Positions 27,836-37,521 of a stretch of DNA of 64,000 nucleotides are shown piece after piece. The notes beneath the pieces are model-generated. The model did not search any database. It was not told the DNA's origin and was given only the letters and a program-made list of their open reading frames with translations. The position numbers and the translations under genes were made by a program. The stretch is taken from the IMG/VR virus record IMGVR_UViG_3300037294_000266, positions 1 through 64,000 of that record. One strand, 5' to 3'. Numbering within the stretch: the first letter of the stretch is position 1; every line of letters begins with the position of its first letter.

Positions 27836-29890
27836 ATGTACGCCAGCTTTTCACGACTACTAGGGATCATCTCCGTGAAGGAGACACCGACCCACATCGT
27901 CGTCAGTGGTGTTCCTGGCTTACGGTTGTCCAAAGACATTTATAATGCTTGGAAGACAGGTAAGATCAGTGCGAACCTATTCACTTCGGTTTCTCGGTCA
28001 TCGGTGAAGTTCCCTAAGTTCTATGCGATCGAGATGTTGTACATCCTCGAACACCTGATGCAGTCACGCCGTACCTTTGTAGGGCGCCGTACCCTCAGTA
28101 AGATTGTTGATGAAATGGTGGCCAATACTTGGCTGCATAACATCGGTGGTCAGGACTTCAAAGCACGACTCGATTATTCAAAGCTAGACGAGCTCAACGT
28201 AATCCTGTTCACCTATCAGCGGAAGTTTATTGAAACGTACGACTGGGTGACTTACAAGTACAATCTACTTGGCATGCTGATGGATGTGGCAGCAGGTGGT
28301 GGTAAGACCATTACCAACTACGCCCTTGGCCACTGCCTCAAATCAGACACCTGCATATACGTCGTCCCTAAGAACTCGGTGATTGACGTTTGGGTGAAGA
28401 CAATCAGGTCGTTGTTCAAGACGCCGCAGGACTACTGGTACAGTCTGAGTGGTGTGGAGCCTGAAGCCGGCAAGAAGCATTACATCGTCCATTTCGACTA
28501 CCTGGAGAAGTTCTTAGACTTCGCCAAGAAGAACAAGTCGAAGTTTGGTAAGGTATTCATTGCCATTGATGAGTCGCATAACTTCAACGAAGATTCTGCA
28601 CGTACACGCTTCTTAGTTGATCTCTGCCACACGACCGATGCACGTGATGTCATCCACGCTTCAGGCACTCCATTTAAAGCGATGGGTTCTGAAGCCATTA
28701 CCTTGCTTAAGACAGTCTGTGCAGACTTCACTCCCGAGGTCGAACAGTCGTTCCGTAAGTTGTTTGGTAAGGAGGCCAAGAAAGCCCTTGAGATCTTGGC
28801 TAACCGAATTGGCATCGTGTCGTTTAAGGTGCTCAAAGACGAAGTCGAGACTCCTGGTGTAGATTACTTCGAACGACGCATCAAGATCAAGAACGGCAGT
28901 GACTATACACTGACAGCCGTGCGGGATAAGATGTCTGCGTTCATTACTCAGCGCTTGGAGATGTACAAGAAGCAAATGCCTGAGCATGAACTTATGTACG
29001 GCACATGCCTCGATCTACATGCCAAAGCCATCGGCGGGAGTAGTGCCGCTGTTACTGCGTTCGGTGAGTATAAGCGTAACATTGCGATTCTCCGGAAAGG
29101 TTACGATCCTGTGACCATGAAAGACCTCGTGATGGCCTGTAACCGCTACGAACTCAAAGTAATTGTTCCATCGCTTCCAGATAAGTACCGTAAGCCGTTC
29201 CTTAATGTACGGGCTATCATTAAATACGTCGATCTGAAAGTAATGGGCGAGGCGTTGAGTCAGGTTCTAGGGCGTTTGCGTATTCAGTGTCATTTGGACA
29301 TGCTTCCTGAAATGCCTTTGGATGAGATCATCGATAACTCCAAGAGCAAGACAGTTATCTTTACCAGCTACGTAGAAGTGGTGAAGGAACTTGAGATTCG
29401 TCTGAAGGAAGCTGGTTATAAGCCTCTGGTGGTGTATGGAGAGACTAACAAGGATCTTCCAGCCATCGTCAAGAAGTTTGATAATGACCCTGATGCCAAT
29501 CCATTGATTGCGACATTCAAGAGCCTGTCTACGGCGGTACCGTTGGTTTCAGCTAGCACTGAGATATTCACGAACTCTCCATTCAGGGAGTACGAGCGTA
29601 CCCAGGCGGTTGCACGAGTGGATCGAGTGGGTCAGGTACATCGCTGCTCTATCTACGATACGTTCTTGGACACTGAGATGGATCCAAACATCTCTACCCG
29701 GTCTAAGGACATTCTGGCATGGAGCAAGCAACAGGTCGAGGCGATCCTTGGGGTGCAGACTCCCGATGATCTAGATGTCTCGTTAGAGAACCTGGCTGAA
29801 GTGGACGGTGTCGTGTCTCTGGAATCGGTAGATCGGTTCATTGAGACGTTGTATCTGACTTTCCCCATTGATGTCATTGTCGATCAGTAA
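27836..29890 (+). CDS. SF2 helicase
   Basis: AAGGGKT, DESH, SGTP, KTVIFT, QAVARVDRVGQ. Confidence 0.9.
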   Translation: MYASFSRLLGIISVKETPTHIVVSGVPGLRLSKDIYNAWKTGKISANLFTSVSRSSVKFPKFYAIEMLYILEHLMQSRRTFVGRRTLSKIVDEMVANTWLHNIGGQDFKARLDYSKLDELNVILFTYQRKFIETYDWVTYKYNLLGMLMDVAAGGGKTITNYALGHCLKSDTCIYVVPKNSVIDVWVKTIRSLFKTPQDYWYSLSGVEPEAGKKHYIVHFDYLEKFLDFAKKNKSKFGKVFIAIDESHNFNEDSARTRFLVDLCHTTDARDVIHASGTPFKAMGSEAITLLKTVCADFTPEVEQSFRKLFGKEAKKALEILANRIGIVSFKVLKDEVETPGVDYFERRIKIKNGSDYTLTAVRDKMSAFITQRLEMYKKQMPEHELMYGTCLDLHAKAIGGSSAAVTAFGEYKRNIAILRKGYDPVTMKDLVMACNRYELKVIVPSLPDKYRKPFLNVRAIIKYVDLKVMGEALSQVLGRLRIQCHLDMLPEMPLDEIIDNSKSKTVIFTSYVEVVKELEIRLKEAGYKPLVVYGETNKDLPAIVKKFDNDPDANPLIATFKSLSTAVPLVSASTEIFTNSPFREYERTQAVARVDRVGQVHRCSIYDTFLDTEMDPNISTRSKDILAWSKQQVEAILGVQTPDDLDVSLENLAEVDGVVSLESVDRFIETLYLTFPIDVIVDQ

Positions 29891-29986
29891 CAAAGAAAAA
29901 AGAAAAGGAGAGAGGGGCTGATGCCCCTCTCTTATTCCGTCATGCCCCATAAAGGATCGGGGCTGAGCTTTAAAGGACACCGGTGT

Positions 29987-30205
29987 TCATGCCAGCGACT
30001 CGATGAAGGTTAGATCAGTTTCTTCATCGACATCAACGTGCGTTTCGAGATAGGTAATCTCAGCAAGCAGCAGGTGACATTCGAGTACAGCAGCCTGCCC
30101 AAACATCTTGGAACGAACATCTCCTTCCCAGATAGTGTTCCGCAGTTCCTGGAAACGCTTCTTCTTTGTATCAATCAGCCGGAGCCGATAGTCATTGTTA
30201 GCCAT
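29987..30205 (-). CDS. hypothetical protein
   Basis: 72 aa, AGGAG RBS. Confidence 0.6.
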   Translation of the reverse strand: MANNDYRLRLIDTKKKRFQELRNTIWEGDVRSKMFGQAAVLECHLLLAEITYLETHVDVDEETDLTFIESLA

Positions 30206-30217
30206 GTCAAACTCCTT

Positions 30218-30532
30218 TTAATGAACGATGTGAAGACCGTTGGCTTCAAGAGAGTTAATGGTACGACGCACCCAGTTCTCACTGGGCGGTTTCTTACCTG
30301 CTTTGTTAGCGACAGTGGAGCGGGTTGTAGCAGGGGCCACAAGAAGAGACAGTGGGTAGTACCCACATCGTCCGTCATATGGCGTGCCGTGCCGCACCAG
30401 TAGGTCGCGAGCAGAGTCAAGGTCTTCTGGAACGTCGTCAATATTGACTGCCAGATAACTGATCCCAGATTCTGCTTGTATCTTTCTGAAAACAACGCCG
30501 TACGGTTCGTGATAAACATTAGTAGTTTGCAT
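30218..30532 (-). CDS. hypothetical protein
   Basis: 104 aa, GGAG RBS. Confidence 0.6.
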   Translation of the reverse strand: MQTTNVYHEPYGVVFRKIQAESGISYLAVNIDDVPEDLDSARDLLVRHGTPYDGRCGYYPLSLLVAPATTRSTVANKAGKKPPSENWVRRTINSLEANGLHIVH

Positions 30533-30549
30533 TGATTTCTCCAGCGCAC

Positions 30550-30933
30550 TTAGTTTTTGAGGTAAGTGGCGTTTTCATTGCGGTTATAGTCAATAAGTTC
30601 GATGGTGGTTGAATCTACCTTCACAGTAACTTGCACGCGGTAGATAGGATGATCTACCTTGTCACCCATGATGGGTAACTTATCTACAATATGGCCGTAC
30701 TGCTCGAACTTAGCGTAGTCTTCATTCACCAGCCAAGCTTTCAGTTCAGTCCCCATGGCTGTTTGCAAGGAGATGGTAGTACCTCCTCCCATAGACGGAT
30801 AGAACTCAACACGTTCTGCTGTTGGGAATTCGTCAGGACTTACTTTAAACAGGATGTTCTTATCGCCAGTGAAAATACGAACGGCTGGGATGATGGAACT
30901 GAAGATTATTTTATTGCGCATGGTGTTCTCCAA
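30550..30933 (-). CDS. hypothetical protein
   Basis: Operon packing; true start may be MRNKII at 30921. Confidence 0.6.
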   Translation of the reverse strand: MENTMRNKIIFSSIIPAVRIFTGDKNILFKVSPDEFPTAERVEFYPSMGGGTTISLQTAMGTELKAWLVNEDYAKFEQYGHIVDKLPIMGDKVDHPIYRVQVTVKVDSTTIELIDYNRNENATYLKN

Positions 30934-31420
30934 TAGAACTGGTTAATTTGTTTAAGACGTTATTTATTTTATCAGTGAGAGCCTTTACAGTTAAAGTATT
31001 GAATCTGGACGGATCCTCATTTAACTTTCCATCGGCGATCTCTAACTGGTTCTTAAGGTCAGCATATTCCGTACGATCAAGTTCTTTCATCCGCCCAGAA
31101 TGTATAATCCATTCAACGGTGCGATTAAGTTCACAAACACTGCACCGGCTATGGTCGTGTGGTCGATGCACGTCACCAGCACTGCGCTTAACGATTGTGT
31201 GTGTTTTGACAACATTTTTTAATACGCGGTCGTTCCTAACTCGTTTATCTAGATATTCGATTTCATCATAACCCATCCTGTTTACGATAGTCTCACTAAA
31301 GAGCTCTCCGGTCGATAATTCCGAACTACATGTTGCAATCGACACCAGTGATGCTAATTCGAATGCTTCCTCTACTGTTAGGGATTCTGGATGGTCGATG
31401 GTGTCTAGAAGATCGTACAT
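30911..31420 (-). CDS. hypothetical protein with HxxCxxC motif
   Basis: AGGAGG RBS; HDHSRCSVC. Confidence 0.6.
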   Translation of the reverse strand: MYDLLDTIDHPESLTVEEAFELASLVSIATCSSELSTGELFSETIVNRMGYDEIEYLDKRVRNDRVLKNVVKTHTIVKRSAGDVHRPHDHSRCSVCELNRTVEWIIHSGRMKELDRTEYADLKNQLEIADGKLNEDPSRFNTLTVKALTDKINNVLNKLTSSIGEHHAQ

Positions 31421-31434
31421 GAACTATCCTCCTA

Positions 31435-31602
31435 TTAACGACTAGGCTTATTATAGCCAGGCACATCTTTAAGAAGAGGTTCTACGACCGCACGTACGCG
31501 CTCCATTTCAATCTTTTGCTTATTGTACTTGTCGTACAGGTAATAGCTTCCTGCACCGATAGCGGTTATAATGAGGGCAGTAGCAGCATTTTGAACGGAC
31601 AT
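31435..31602 (-). CDS. 55-aa early membrane-anchored protein (not in ORF track)
   Basis: MSVQNAATALIITAIGAGSYYLYDKYNKQKIEMERVRAVVEPLLKDVPGYNKPSR*; GGAG RBS; first gene after promoter 31643. Confidence 0.7.
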   Translation of the reverse strand: MSVQNAATALIITAIGAGSYYLYDKYNKQKIEMERVRAVVEPLLKDVPGYNKPSR

Positions 31603-31642
31603 GATAGTCTCCAAGACTTAGGTTATGTTTGGTACACATTGC

Positions 31643-31672
31643 TATCATGTATCTTTGAAAATAATTGGAATC
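31643..31672 (-). promoter_or_regulatory. putative early promoter
   Basis: GATTCCAATTATTTTCAAAGATACATGATA, 29/30 identical to 35127-35156. Confidence 0.7.
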
Positions 31673-31715
31673 TTGTCAATTCGGCATATAGAGGAGGGCA
31701 ACCGCCCTCCTCTAT

Positions 31716-32000
31716 TTATTCTGCTTTATTGGATGCGTTGACTAACTTGATTCGGTCGTTACATTCAGCAGTCACTTTGACTTGAGCTATGTAAGCGTCT
31801 GTCATCAACACGGTCTGTTCATCAGGATTCGCGTCAACATACCGACCTGCTTGAGGCGGAGGAACAATGTCGCAGTAGGGTACGCTACGGTATTGTTTGG
31901 TCTCGCACCCACCCAGTAAGAATAACACGGCGATTAACAGACAGACTGCCAAAGCCATGGAAGGGCGCTTAGGACCTCCTGTTAACGAAATGGCTTGCAT
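31716..32000 (-). CDS. o-spanin (Rz1-like lipoprotein)
   Basis: Lipobox LLGGC, Pro-rich segment, C-terminal helix; overlaps or abuts i-spanin. Confidence 0.7.
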   Translation of the reverse strand: MQAISLTGGPKRPSMALAVCLLIAVLFLLGGCETKQYRSVPYCDIVPPPQAGRYVDANPDEQTVLMTDAYIAQVKVTAECNDRIKLVNASNKAE

Positions 32001-32476
32001 GATTCCTCCTTATTGCCTGTAGCAGCACAATAGGCTTTCCAGGAGTTGTTAAGCGACCTTACACGGACTTCATCATTGACAGGACGCATAATGGCGCCAC
32101 CTGTCAAGATCTCAGCTCGGTCTGGATCTGTTGTTGGACATTGGGTAACACGGTCTCTCCATTTGACGACTTCGACTACAGTCGGTTTAGCCGGATCAAT
32201 GGCAGGGAGTGGAGCACTGTATCGTGCTGCGCACAATAGATCTACTTGGTCTTGCTCGATCCCACTGAAGGAATCATTACGAGTACTTTTGGTGTCTACG
32301 TAATCGTCAATCTCTTTCTGGAGAGTTTTAACGCTGTCCTCAAGAGCAGTGATGGTTGTCGCCTGGTTAGCAACCGTGGTGTTCATTCCTAGTGACCAAT
32401 TAACCCACAGCCCCAGACCGCTGAGCACAGCGCCAATGATGATTACGTAGATGACAATCTTCTGAATAGACGGCAT
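31982..32476 (-). CDS. i-spanin (Rz-like)
   Basis: N-terminal TM, coiled coil, Cys residues; CCTATG upstream. Confidence 0.7.
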   Translation of the reverse strand: MPSIQKIVIYVIIIGAVLSGLGLWVNWSLGMNTTVANQATTITALEDSVKTLQKEIDDYVDTKSTRNDSFSGIEQDQVDLLCAARYSAPLPAIDPAKPTVVEVVKWRDRVTQCPTTDPDRAEILTGGAIMRPVNDEVRVRSLNNSWKAYCAATGNKEESCKPFR

Positions 32477-32542
32477 GGTATTTAATTCCTGTCAAGGACT
32501 GCAAGCCATAGGAGCAGGAATTACCCTGCTCCTATTTATAAA

Positions 32543-32890
32543 TCAGCGGTTAAGCAGCCATGCGGTGATGATGGCAGCTACCAATGCGCTTGGTGTCATG
32601 CCTAGTTTTTTGGCTTCTTTGGCCAGCAGTGCTTTTTGAGCAGCGGTGATTGCACCGCGACCTTCTGCATCGCGCTTAGCGCCGCCCTTGCCAAAATCAG
32701 CTACCAGCTTCTGAATAAGTTCGTCTGACACCACAACTTGTGGTTTCTTGGCAGCGACTTTCTTAGGGGCTGCTTTAACAGCCGCCTTCTTGACTGGCGC
32801 TTTGGCCACGGCCTTTACAGGCGCTTTCTTTACAACAGGTTTCTTGACAGGCGGAACTGTGATCGAAGGAGTGCGTTCTTTAGCAGGCAT
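32543..32890 (-). CDS. histone H1-like K/A/P-rich protein with C-terminal ribbon-helix-helix
   Basis: KKAPVKA repeats; AAQKALLAKEAKKLGMTPSALVAAII. Confidence 0.65.
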   Translation of the reverse strand: MPAKERTPSITVPPVKKPVVKKAPVKAVAKAPVKKAAVKAAPKKVAAKKPQVVVSDELIQKLVADFGKGGAKRDAEGRGAITAAQKALLAKEAKKLGMTPSALVAAIITAWLLNR

Positions 32891-32944
32891 GGGTCATTCC
32901 TCTTGATTTACAAAATATGACAGCGAGATATCCGTCATATAATG

Positions 32945-33583
32945 CTATCGGCCCTCTTCTAACAGTCTGATTATACTCAATGTATAGTCTTTATTGCCGT
33001 ATACCTTAGTTGCTACAGTAGGGTCTCCTTTACGACTTGAGAGATCGAACATTAAATCAGCGTACTTTACATGAACTGTTGGGTAGTCTGACATCTTAGC
33101 TAGCGCAAGATCACCTGCAAGAAAGATAATATCCCGTGCCTTAACGCCTCTTTCTGGAACGAAGACAATCTGAACATTCGCAGCTGAAGTAAAACCACCT
33201 AGGCATGTCAATGAATCGAAATGACGCTTTACTCGATTAAACATCCCTGACGAGTAGAATTCATTAGACAGGTGAGCTTCGTCATAGATCTTGGCTATGA
33301 CATCAACCGCCGTAGTCCATACAGCCATGCGGGCATATTCTTCACCGAGCTTACGAACATCGAAGTATGACACATAAGTCGTCTTAGATAGAAAGACAGT
33401 TTCTACCCAGAGTCCTAGCGTCTTAATCATCTTCTTCTTTCGATACGGATGTAACAACAGGTCCAATAACATCTTCAGGAATCCTGTAGGTGTATTCTTT
33501 ACCATCGAAACTTTCCATGATTGGTTTGAGGTATGATTCGAAGAGTTCAGAGAGCTTTTTAGGGAGTCGGTAAATGAGGACAT
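32945..33583 (-). CDS. hypothetical protein
   Basis: 212-aa ORF; start uncertain because it overlaps the upstream ORF. Confidence 0.55.
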   Translation of the reverse strand: MSSFTDSLKSSLNSSNHTSNQSWKVSMVKNTPTGFLKMLLDLLLHPYRKKKMIKTLGLWVETVFLSKTTYVSYFDVRKLGEEYARMAVWTTAVDVIAKIYDEAHLSNEFYSSGMFNRVKRHFDSLTCLGGFTSAANVQIVFVPERGVKARDIIFLAGDLALAKMSDYPTVHVKYADLMFDLSSRKGDPTVATKVYGNKDYTLSIIRLLEEGR

Positions 33584-33938
33584 AATTGCCTTTACTGTGA
33601 AGAACAGCTCTTAAATTAAATACAGGTGACTTATAGGGAGCGAATAATTGAACAGCTCCTTTATGACAAGTTTCATCATTGTCATACGGGTCTGGACCAA
33701 TTACAAGAAAGTGCCAGAAGTCATACTTGTCATCTCCCTTGAAAACAATGTTCCACGATGACGTCAAGATAGAGATACCTCCTACTTGATAGTTATCCTG
33801 CACATCAGGTTCCATGTCAATGAAATCACTTCGTGTTACTTCGCTATCGTATAGGTAATCATCCAAATCGAACCTGTCTTGAACGAGCTCTTCTCTAAAC
33901 ACTAACATTTTCTTCATGTGAGATAAGCTCCAGTTCAC
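33423..33938 (-). CDS. hypothetical protein
   Basis: 171-aa ORF. Confidence 0.55.
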   Translation of the reverse strand: MNWSLSHMKKMLVFREELVQDRFDLDDYLYDSEVTRSDFIDMEPDVQDNYQVGGISILTSSWNIVFKGDDKYDFWHFLVIGPDPYDNDETCHKGAVQLFAPYKSPVFNLRAVLHSKGNYVLIYRLPKKLSELFESYLKPIMESFDGKEYTYRIPEDVIGPVVTSVSKEEDD

Positions 33939-33981
33939 TACATGATCTGACCCATTGTTACTTATTAACGAGGATTAATCC

Positions 33982-34449
33982 ATGTCTCATCTCTATCACG
34001 GGTCGGGATACAAACAGACCGAACTGAAACCCGGTATCATGCACACAGGTGTATTGGTAGAGTGGGATAAAACGGAATCAAACGAATGGCTGTACGCCAC
34101 CGAACTAATGGAAGAAGCCATTGCTCAAGGCGTTGCGTCGACATTGGAGAAAACGTACAACCTGTCACGATATCGCTCTTCCGGCAATGAGATCATCATG
34201 ATCTTTGATGGAGCCGTTCCGACTCGCGCCATTCTTGATTCTCTGGAAGTCTATCTCTATAAGTTAGACTGGGCAAAGGACATGTGGGTCTCTGTCAATA
34301 ACCTCCATAATGGAATGGTTAACGAATATAAGACCAAGCAGGTTGTCAAGTCAGGGTTTATTGATTCGTGCGAAGCAGTTGATGTTAAGAAGTGGCTGTC
34401 CCGTAAGAAGGTAACTATCAAGGCCAAGACGGCTGCCATGAACTGGTAG
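33982..34449 (+). CDS. hypothetical protein, possible ADP-ribosyltransferase fold
   Basis: N-terminal LYHGS..LKPG, WLYAT and late NEY pattern; GAGGA RBS. Confidence 0.45.
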   Translation: MSHLYHGSGYKQTELKPGIMHTGVLVEWDKTESNEWLYATELMEEAIAQGVASTLEKTYNLSRYRSSGNEIIMIFDGAVPTRAILDSLEVYLYKLDWAKDMWVSVNNLHNGMVNEYKTKQVVKSGFIDSCEAVDVKKWLSRKKVTIKAKTAAMNW

Positions 34450-34498
34450 AACCAAAAAAAGAAAGCTAGAGGAGGCCCTAGGGCCTCCTCTTATGCTG

Positions 34499-35080
34499 TC
34501 AGTGGCCTTGCAAGTAAGCTTTGATACGATCGCTTGTAAGAACCGTAAGGTCGCGACTACCGAAGCGAGAGGCGCTTGTGGAGATACCTTGGAACTCACG
34601 CCCATCGAACACCACTGCACTCACATGCTGTTTGGTCACATGCATGATACCGTCATGACCATTCAGTACACATTTGTGCCATCCGCGACTGTGCTCCAAC
34701 TTACTACGATCGCCAAAGTCGGCCAAGGTAAGATCAACCACTTCAAGTCGACGAATCTCTTTCTGGAAATGAGACCAGAAGATTGGAGCAACCACTGGAC
34801 GTGCCCGCGCTACCGATAAGATAGAGTTTGGCCCGATAGGTTCAACGATATCTTCAACAGCCGCCGGTGTGACGACTACTTCAGGTTTCTCAACGATCTC
34901 CTCAACAGGCTCAATAACAACCTCCTCAACAGACGGCTTAGAGACAGTGTTAAGCGCTACAATCGCACCTTCAACCGAGCGCTTGGCCTTACCACGTTTC
35001 ATGAACTTGAGACTGACACCGCCAGCCACAACCGCAACCGCTACAACACCAACAGCAACAACAATAGGCTTGACCATCAC
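34499..35080 (-). CDS. early membrane-anchored protein
   Basis: N-terminal TM followed by KFMKRGK; first gene after promoter 35127. Confidence 0.7.
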   Translation of the reverse strand: MMVKPIVVAVGVVAVAVVAGGVSLKFMKRGKAKRSVEGAIVALNTVSKPSVEEVVIEPVEEIVEKPEVVVTPAAVEDIVEPIGPNSILSVARARPVVAPIFWSHFQKEIRRLEVVDLTLADFGDRSKLEHSRGWHKCVLNGHDGIMHVTKQHVSAVVFDGREFQGISTSASRFGSRDLTVLTSDRIKAYLQGH

Positions 35081-35126
35081 GTAATCCTCATTACAGGTTA
35101 TGTAAGGTTAACTCCTTACTCGTGAC

Positions 35127-35156
35127 TATCATGTATCGTTGAAAATAATTGGAATC
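35127..35156 (-). promoter_or_regulatory. putative early promoter
   Basis: TTCCAA-N13-TACATG. Confidence 0.7.
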
Positions 35157-35192
35157 GACATAGAGGAGGGCCTGAGCCCTCCCTTATGCTGT

Positions 35193-35495
35193 TTAGCATT
35201 TGGCAGCGGCCATGGCATAGAACTCATGGTTGATCTTTATCAACTGATCCAACGTCATGGCGGTATGGAGTTCGTCCATGAACACACCAGTGATGGCTTG
35301 ACAAGTGACCATGAGATGTTTAGCTGATTCGAACTCTTCGCCCTGCAACGTCCCCTTAGGTGCTCGCAGTATCAACTGTAAGAACGTATTGAGATGACTG
35401 GCGGTAATCCGTGCTGCCAGCCAACGTTGCGGGTTGTCATTGTATCCAGGAGGGACAGGGGTTCCTATGGATGTCGTTACACTGACCATGCTCAT
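35193..35495 (-). CDS. hypothetical protein
   Basis: 100 aa in operon. Confidence 0.6.
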   Translation of the reverse strand: MSMVSVTTSIGTPVPPGYNDNPQRWLAARITASHLNTFLQLILRAPKGTLQGEEFESAKHLMVTCQAITGVFMDELHTAMTLDQLIKINHEFYAMAAAKC

Positions 35496-35498
35496 GAT

Positions 35499-36119
35499 TT
35501 ACCCCTGTAATGAAAATGACCACGTAACCGCTTTCAAGGCGATACGGTCATCGGCAGCAACGGCTGCCAACATTTGTTTCTCAGCGCCGTGGCGGCGGGC
35601 TGTGATGGTTGCCAACGCTGGGCTGAAGATCGCATCATTGGTCAGTACTCGTTCAGCAAGACCATATATCCCGCCTGAAATACCTTCCATAGTGCGTTGA
35701 GCAGCAAGATCATAGATGAACGGCGCTAAGGCCCGTGGGAAGTCCTCGACCAGTCGAGTATCGTCCTCAGCCAACCAGGCCATCAATTTGACGGATTCAT
35801 CACGCTGGATAGACCACGTAATCACTTCAGACAATGGATAGGTCTGCTTCAAATACGCCACCATTATCTCGTAATCATTGTTCATGACTGCTAAGATGTT
35901 CTGATAGACACTCTGGATACTGGCTACTGGGAATGGGGTATCTGGCGCGCGTGTACTTGGAACATTACCCACACCTGCCTCGAGTATCCGGCCTTCCATC
36001 ATTTCTTGACGAAGTTCTTCAAACCGTTCTTCAGTCACCTCGACTGCATCTACCCAGATTTTGTTATCTTTGTTAAAAACCAATCGACTCGGAGAGAAAT
36101 AATACACTGGCGTCACCAT
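35499..36119 (-). CDS. tail fibre assembly protein; paralog of 52997..53584
   Basis: YFSPS, YPxxE..TW..Q..E, RVL.N..I.SP, TA.RH..E, TWSF shared. Confidence 0.75.
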   Translation of the reverse strand: MVTPVYYFSPSRLVFNKDNKIWVDAVEVTEERFEELRQEMMEGRILEAGVGNVPSTRAPDTPFPVASIQSVYQNILAVMNNDYEIMVAYLKQTYPLSEVITWSIQRDESVKLMAWLAEDDTRLVEDFPRALAPFIYDLAAQRTMEGISGGIYGLAERVLTNDAIFSPALATITARRHGAEKQMLAAVAADDRIALKAVTWSFSLQG

Positions 36120-36159
36120 TAGATAAAGTTTAAATCTATAGGATAGGTACTACAAAAAT

Positions 36160-36960
36160 AAAAGAAAAAAGGCTTTGGGGTAACTCTTTGGCTAGCGAGC
36201 CCAGGGATGATCAATCCCCAGTCGTTAGCAATCTAAGAGTTCCCCGTGACCCTACAACATGACACTGACCTAAGACGGCCTTGGATTAAAATCCAATAAG
36301 TTCGAACTTAATCGATTTGAGTTTGGTTCGGTCTGTTTATACCGAGACTAGTCTTAGCTAACGAGTACCTTAAACACGCGCTTTGAGTCCTCTCGGTTGC
36401 TGAGGCTGCAATACTGAAACCCAGTGTGGCACACAATCCAATCAGACGATCGCCGTTCGAAGTTCCCACCTGCTCGTTCTTTTACAAACGAGTGCGAACG
36501 AATGATCCATTTCCACAGATCATCTTCCGAGTATGGGTTATCTTGAGGGGCTTCGGCTGATGAAGTTTTCCAGTACTGGACTGGTTCTTCGATGGCGCAT
36601 GCGACACTACAGTTCAGTAAGGCAGCGAGAGCAATTGCTCCGATGCTGATCGTTAACGCTCCATGGTCCGGGTTGGGATTGATCTTCTCGTCAGTATACT
36701 GGTAATACAGCTCACGGGAGCCACCCTTACGACCGCCTTATGATCGTGGGTGGCGGCGATGCCTGTTAGTGCGCTGATGGAGATGCCTGTAGATCGTAGA
36801 GGGGTCAGCTTAGCCAGAGGCCCCAGCCTCAAACTGCCAATCGAACGCACCAGCGATACAACTCGCCAGATTGTACGTGACCAAAATAGACTTCCAAGTA
36901 ACCCACCTGAGAGGAATCCGAACATTGCTGTCCTTATGATTCAGTTATCGGGAGTTTCAC
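36160..36960 (-). ncRNA. candidate ~800-nt multi-domain structured non-coding RNA
   Basis: Largest gene-free gap; more than 12 stems including a long-range 13-bp helix; GNRA loops on minus strand; TATG at 36960-36963; terminal stem plus U-tract. Confidence 0.65.
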
Positions 36961-36996
36961 ATAGATCATGTAACTATCGTAAATAAATACGGATGG

Positions 36997-37521
36997 TTAG
37001 GATAGCTGGGTTACTTCTGGGAACAAGACATTGAGCTTAGCGACGATGAAGTCAATCTTCATGGTCGTAAAGCCAGAACCGTTGGATACCCCCTGCTCAT
37101 TGAACTGTTTAAAGGTATCGTCATCAGAGAGACCTGCCGCGAGTATTGCCGCGATTAAGTCTCGATTGTACTCGCTATCGCTCATTGCCCAACTCACACC
37201 CAAGCCCTGAGGCAATGAATGGACATCGACTGTGTATGATTTATCATCGTCAATGTATATATCCGCTTGCCACAGCGCACCGTGTCTGTCGATGATCAGA
37301 GATGCTGATGTCGTTGATGTTTTGTACCACGTGTCGAATAGTACTCTACCTTCCAGAACTGAAGGCAGATCTGGACCGAGTCCGGTTAACGGATAGATAA
37401 ACCCATGGCGCGTGAAGAACTGATTTTCAGAAGATCCAGCTACCTTTATAGATAGACCTTCCCGAATTGGAGGAATGTTACTAAAACCGATTTTACCATC
37501 CCGGTAGAACAGCGTCATCAT
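36997..37521 (-). CDS. degenerate Ntn-hydrolase/proteasome-beta-like paralog
   Basis: MTLFYRDGKI N-terminus and AILAAGLSDDDTF helix mirror the upstream gene. Confidence 0.45.
   Translation of the reverse strand: MMTLFYRDGKIGFSNIPPIREGLSIKVAGSSENQFFTRHGFIYPLTGLGPDLPSVLEGRVLFDTWYKTSTTSASLIIDRHGALWQADIYIDDDKSYTVDVHSLPQGLGVSWAMSDSEYNRDLIAAILAAGLSDDDTFKQFNEQGVSNGSGFTTMKIDFIVAKLNVLFPEVTQLS

Noticed and set aside
36160-36960. tmRNA, RNase P, group I/II intron or retron identity for the large RNA
   Set aside because: No tRNA-like ends or tag ORF, no GAGGAAAGUCC, no convincing intron core or domain V, no interrupted gene and no RT.
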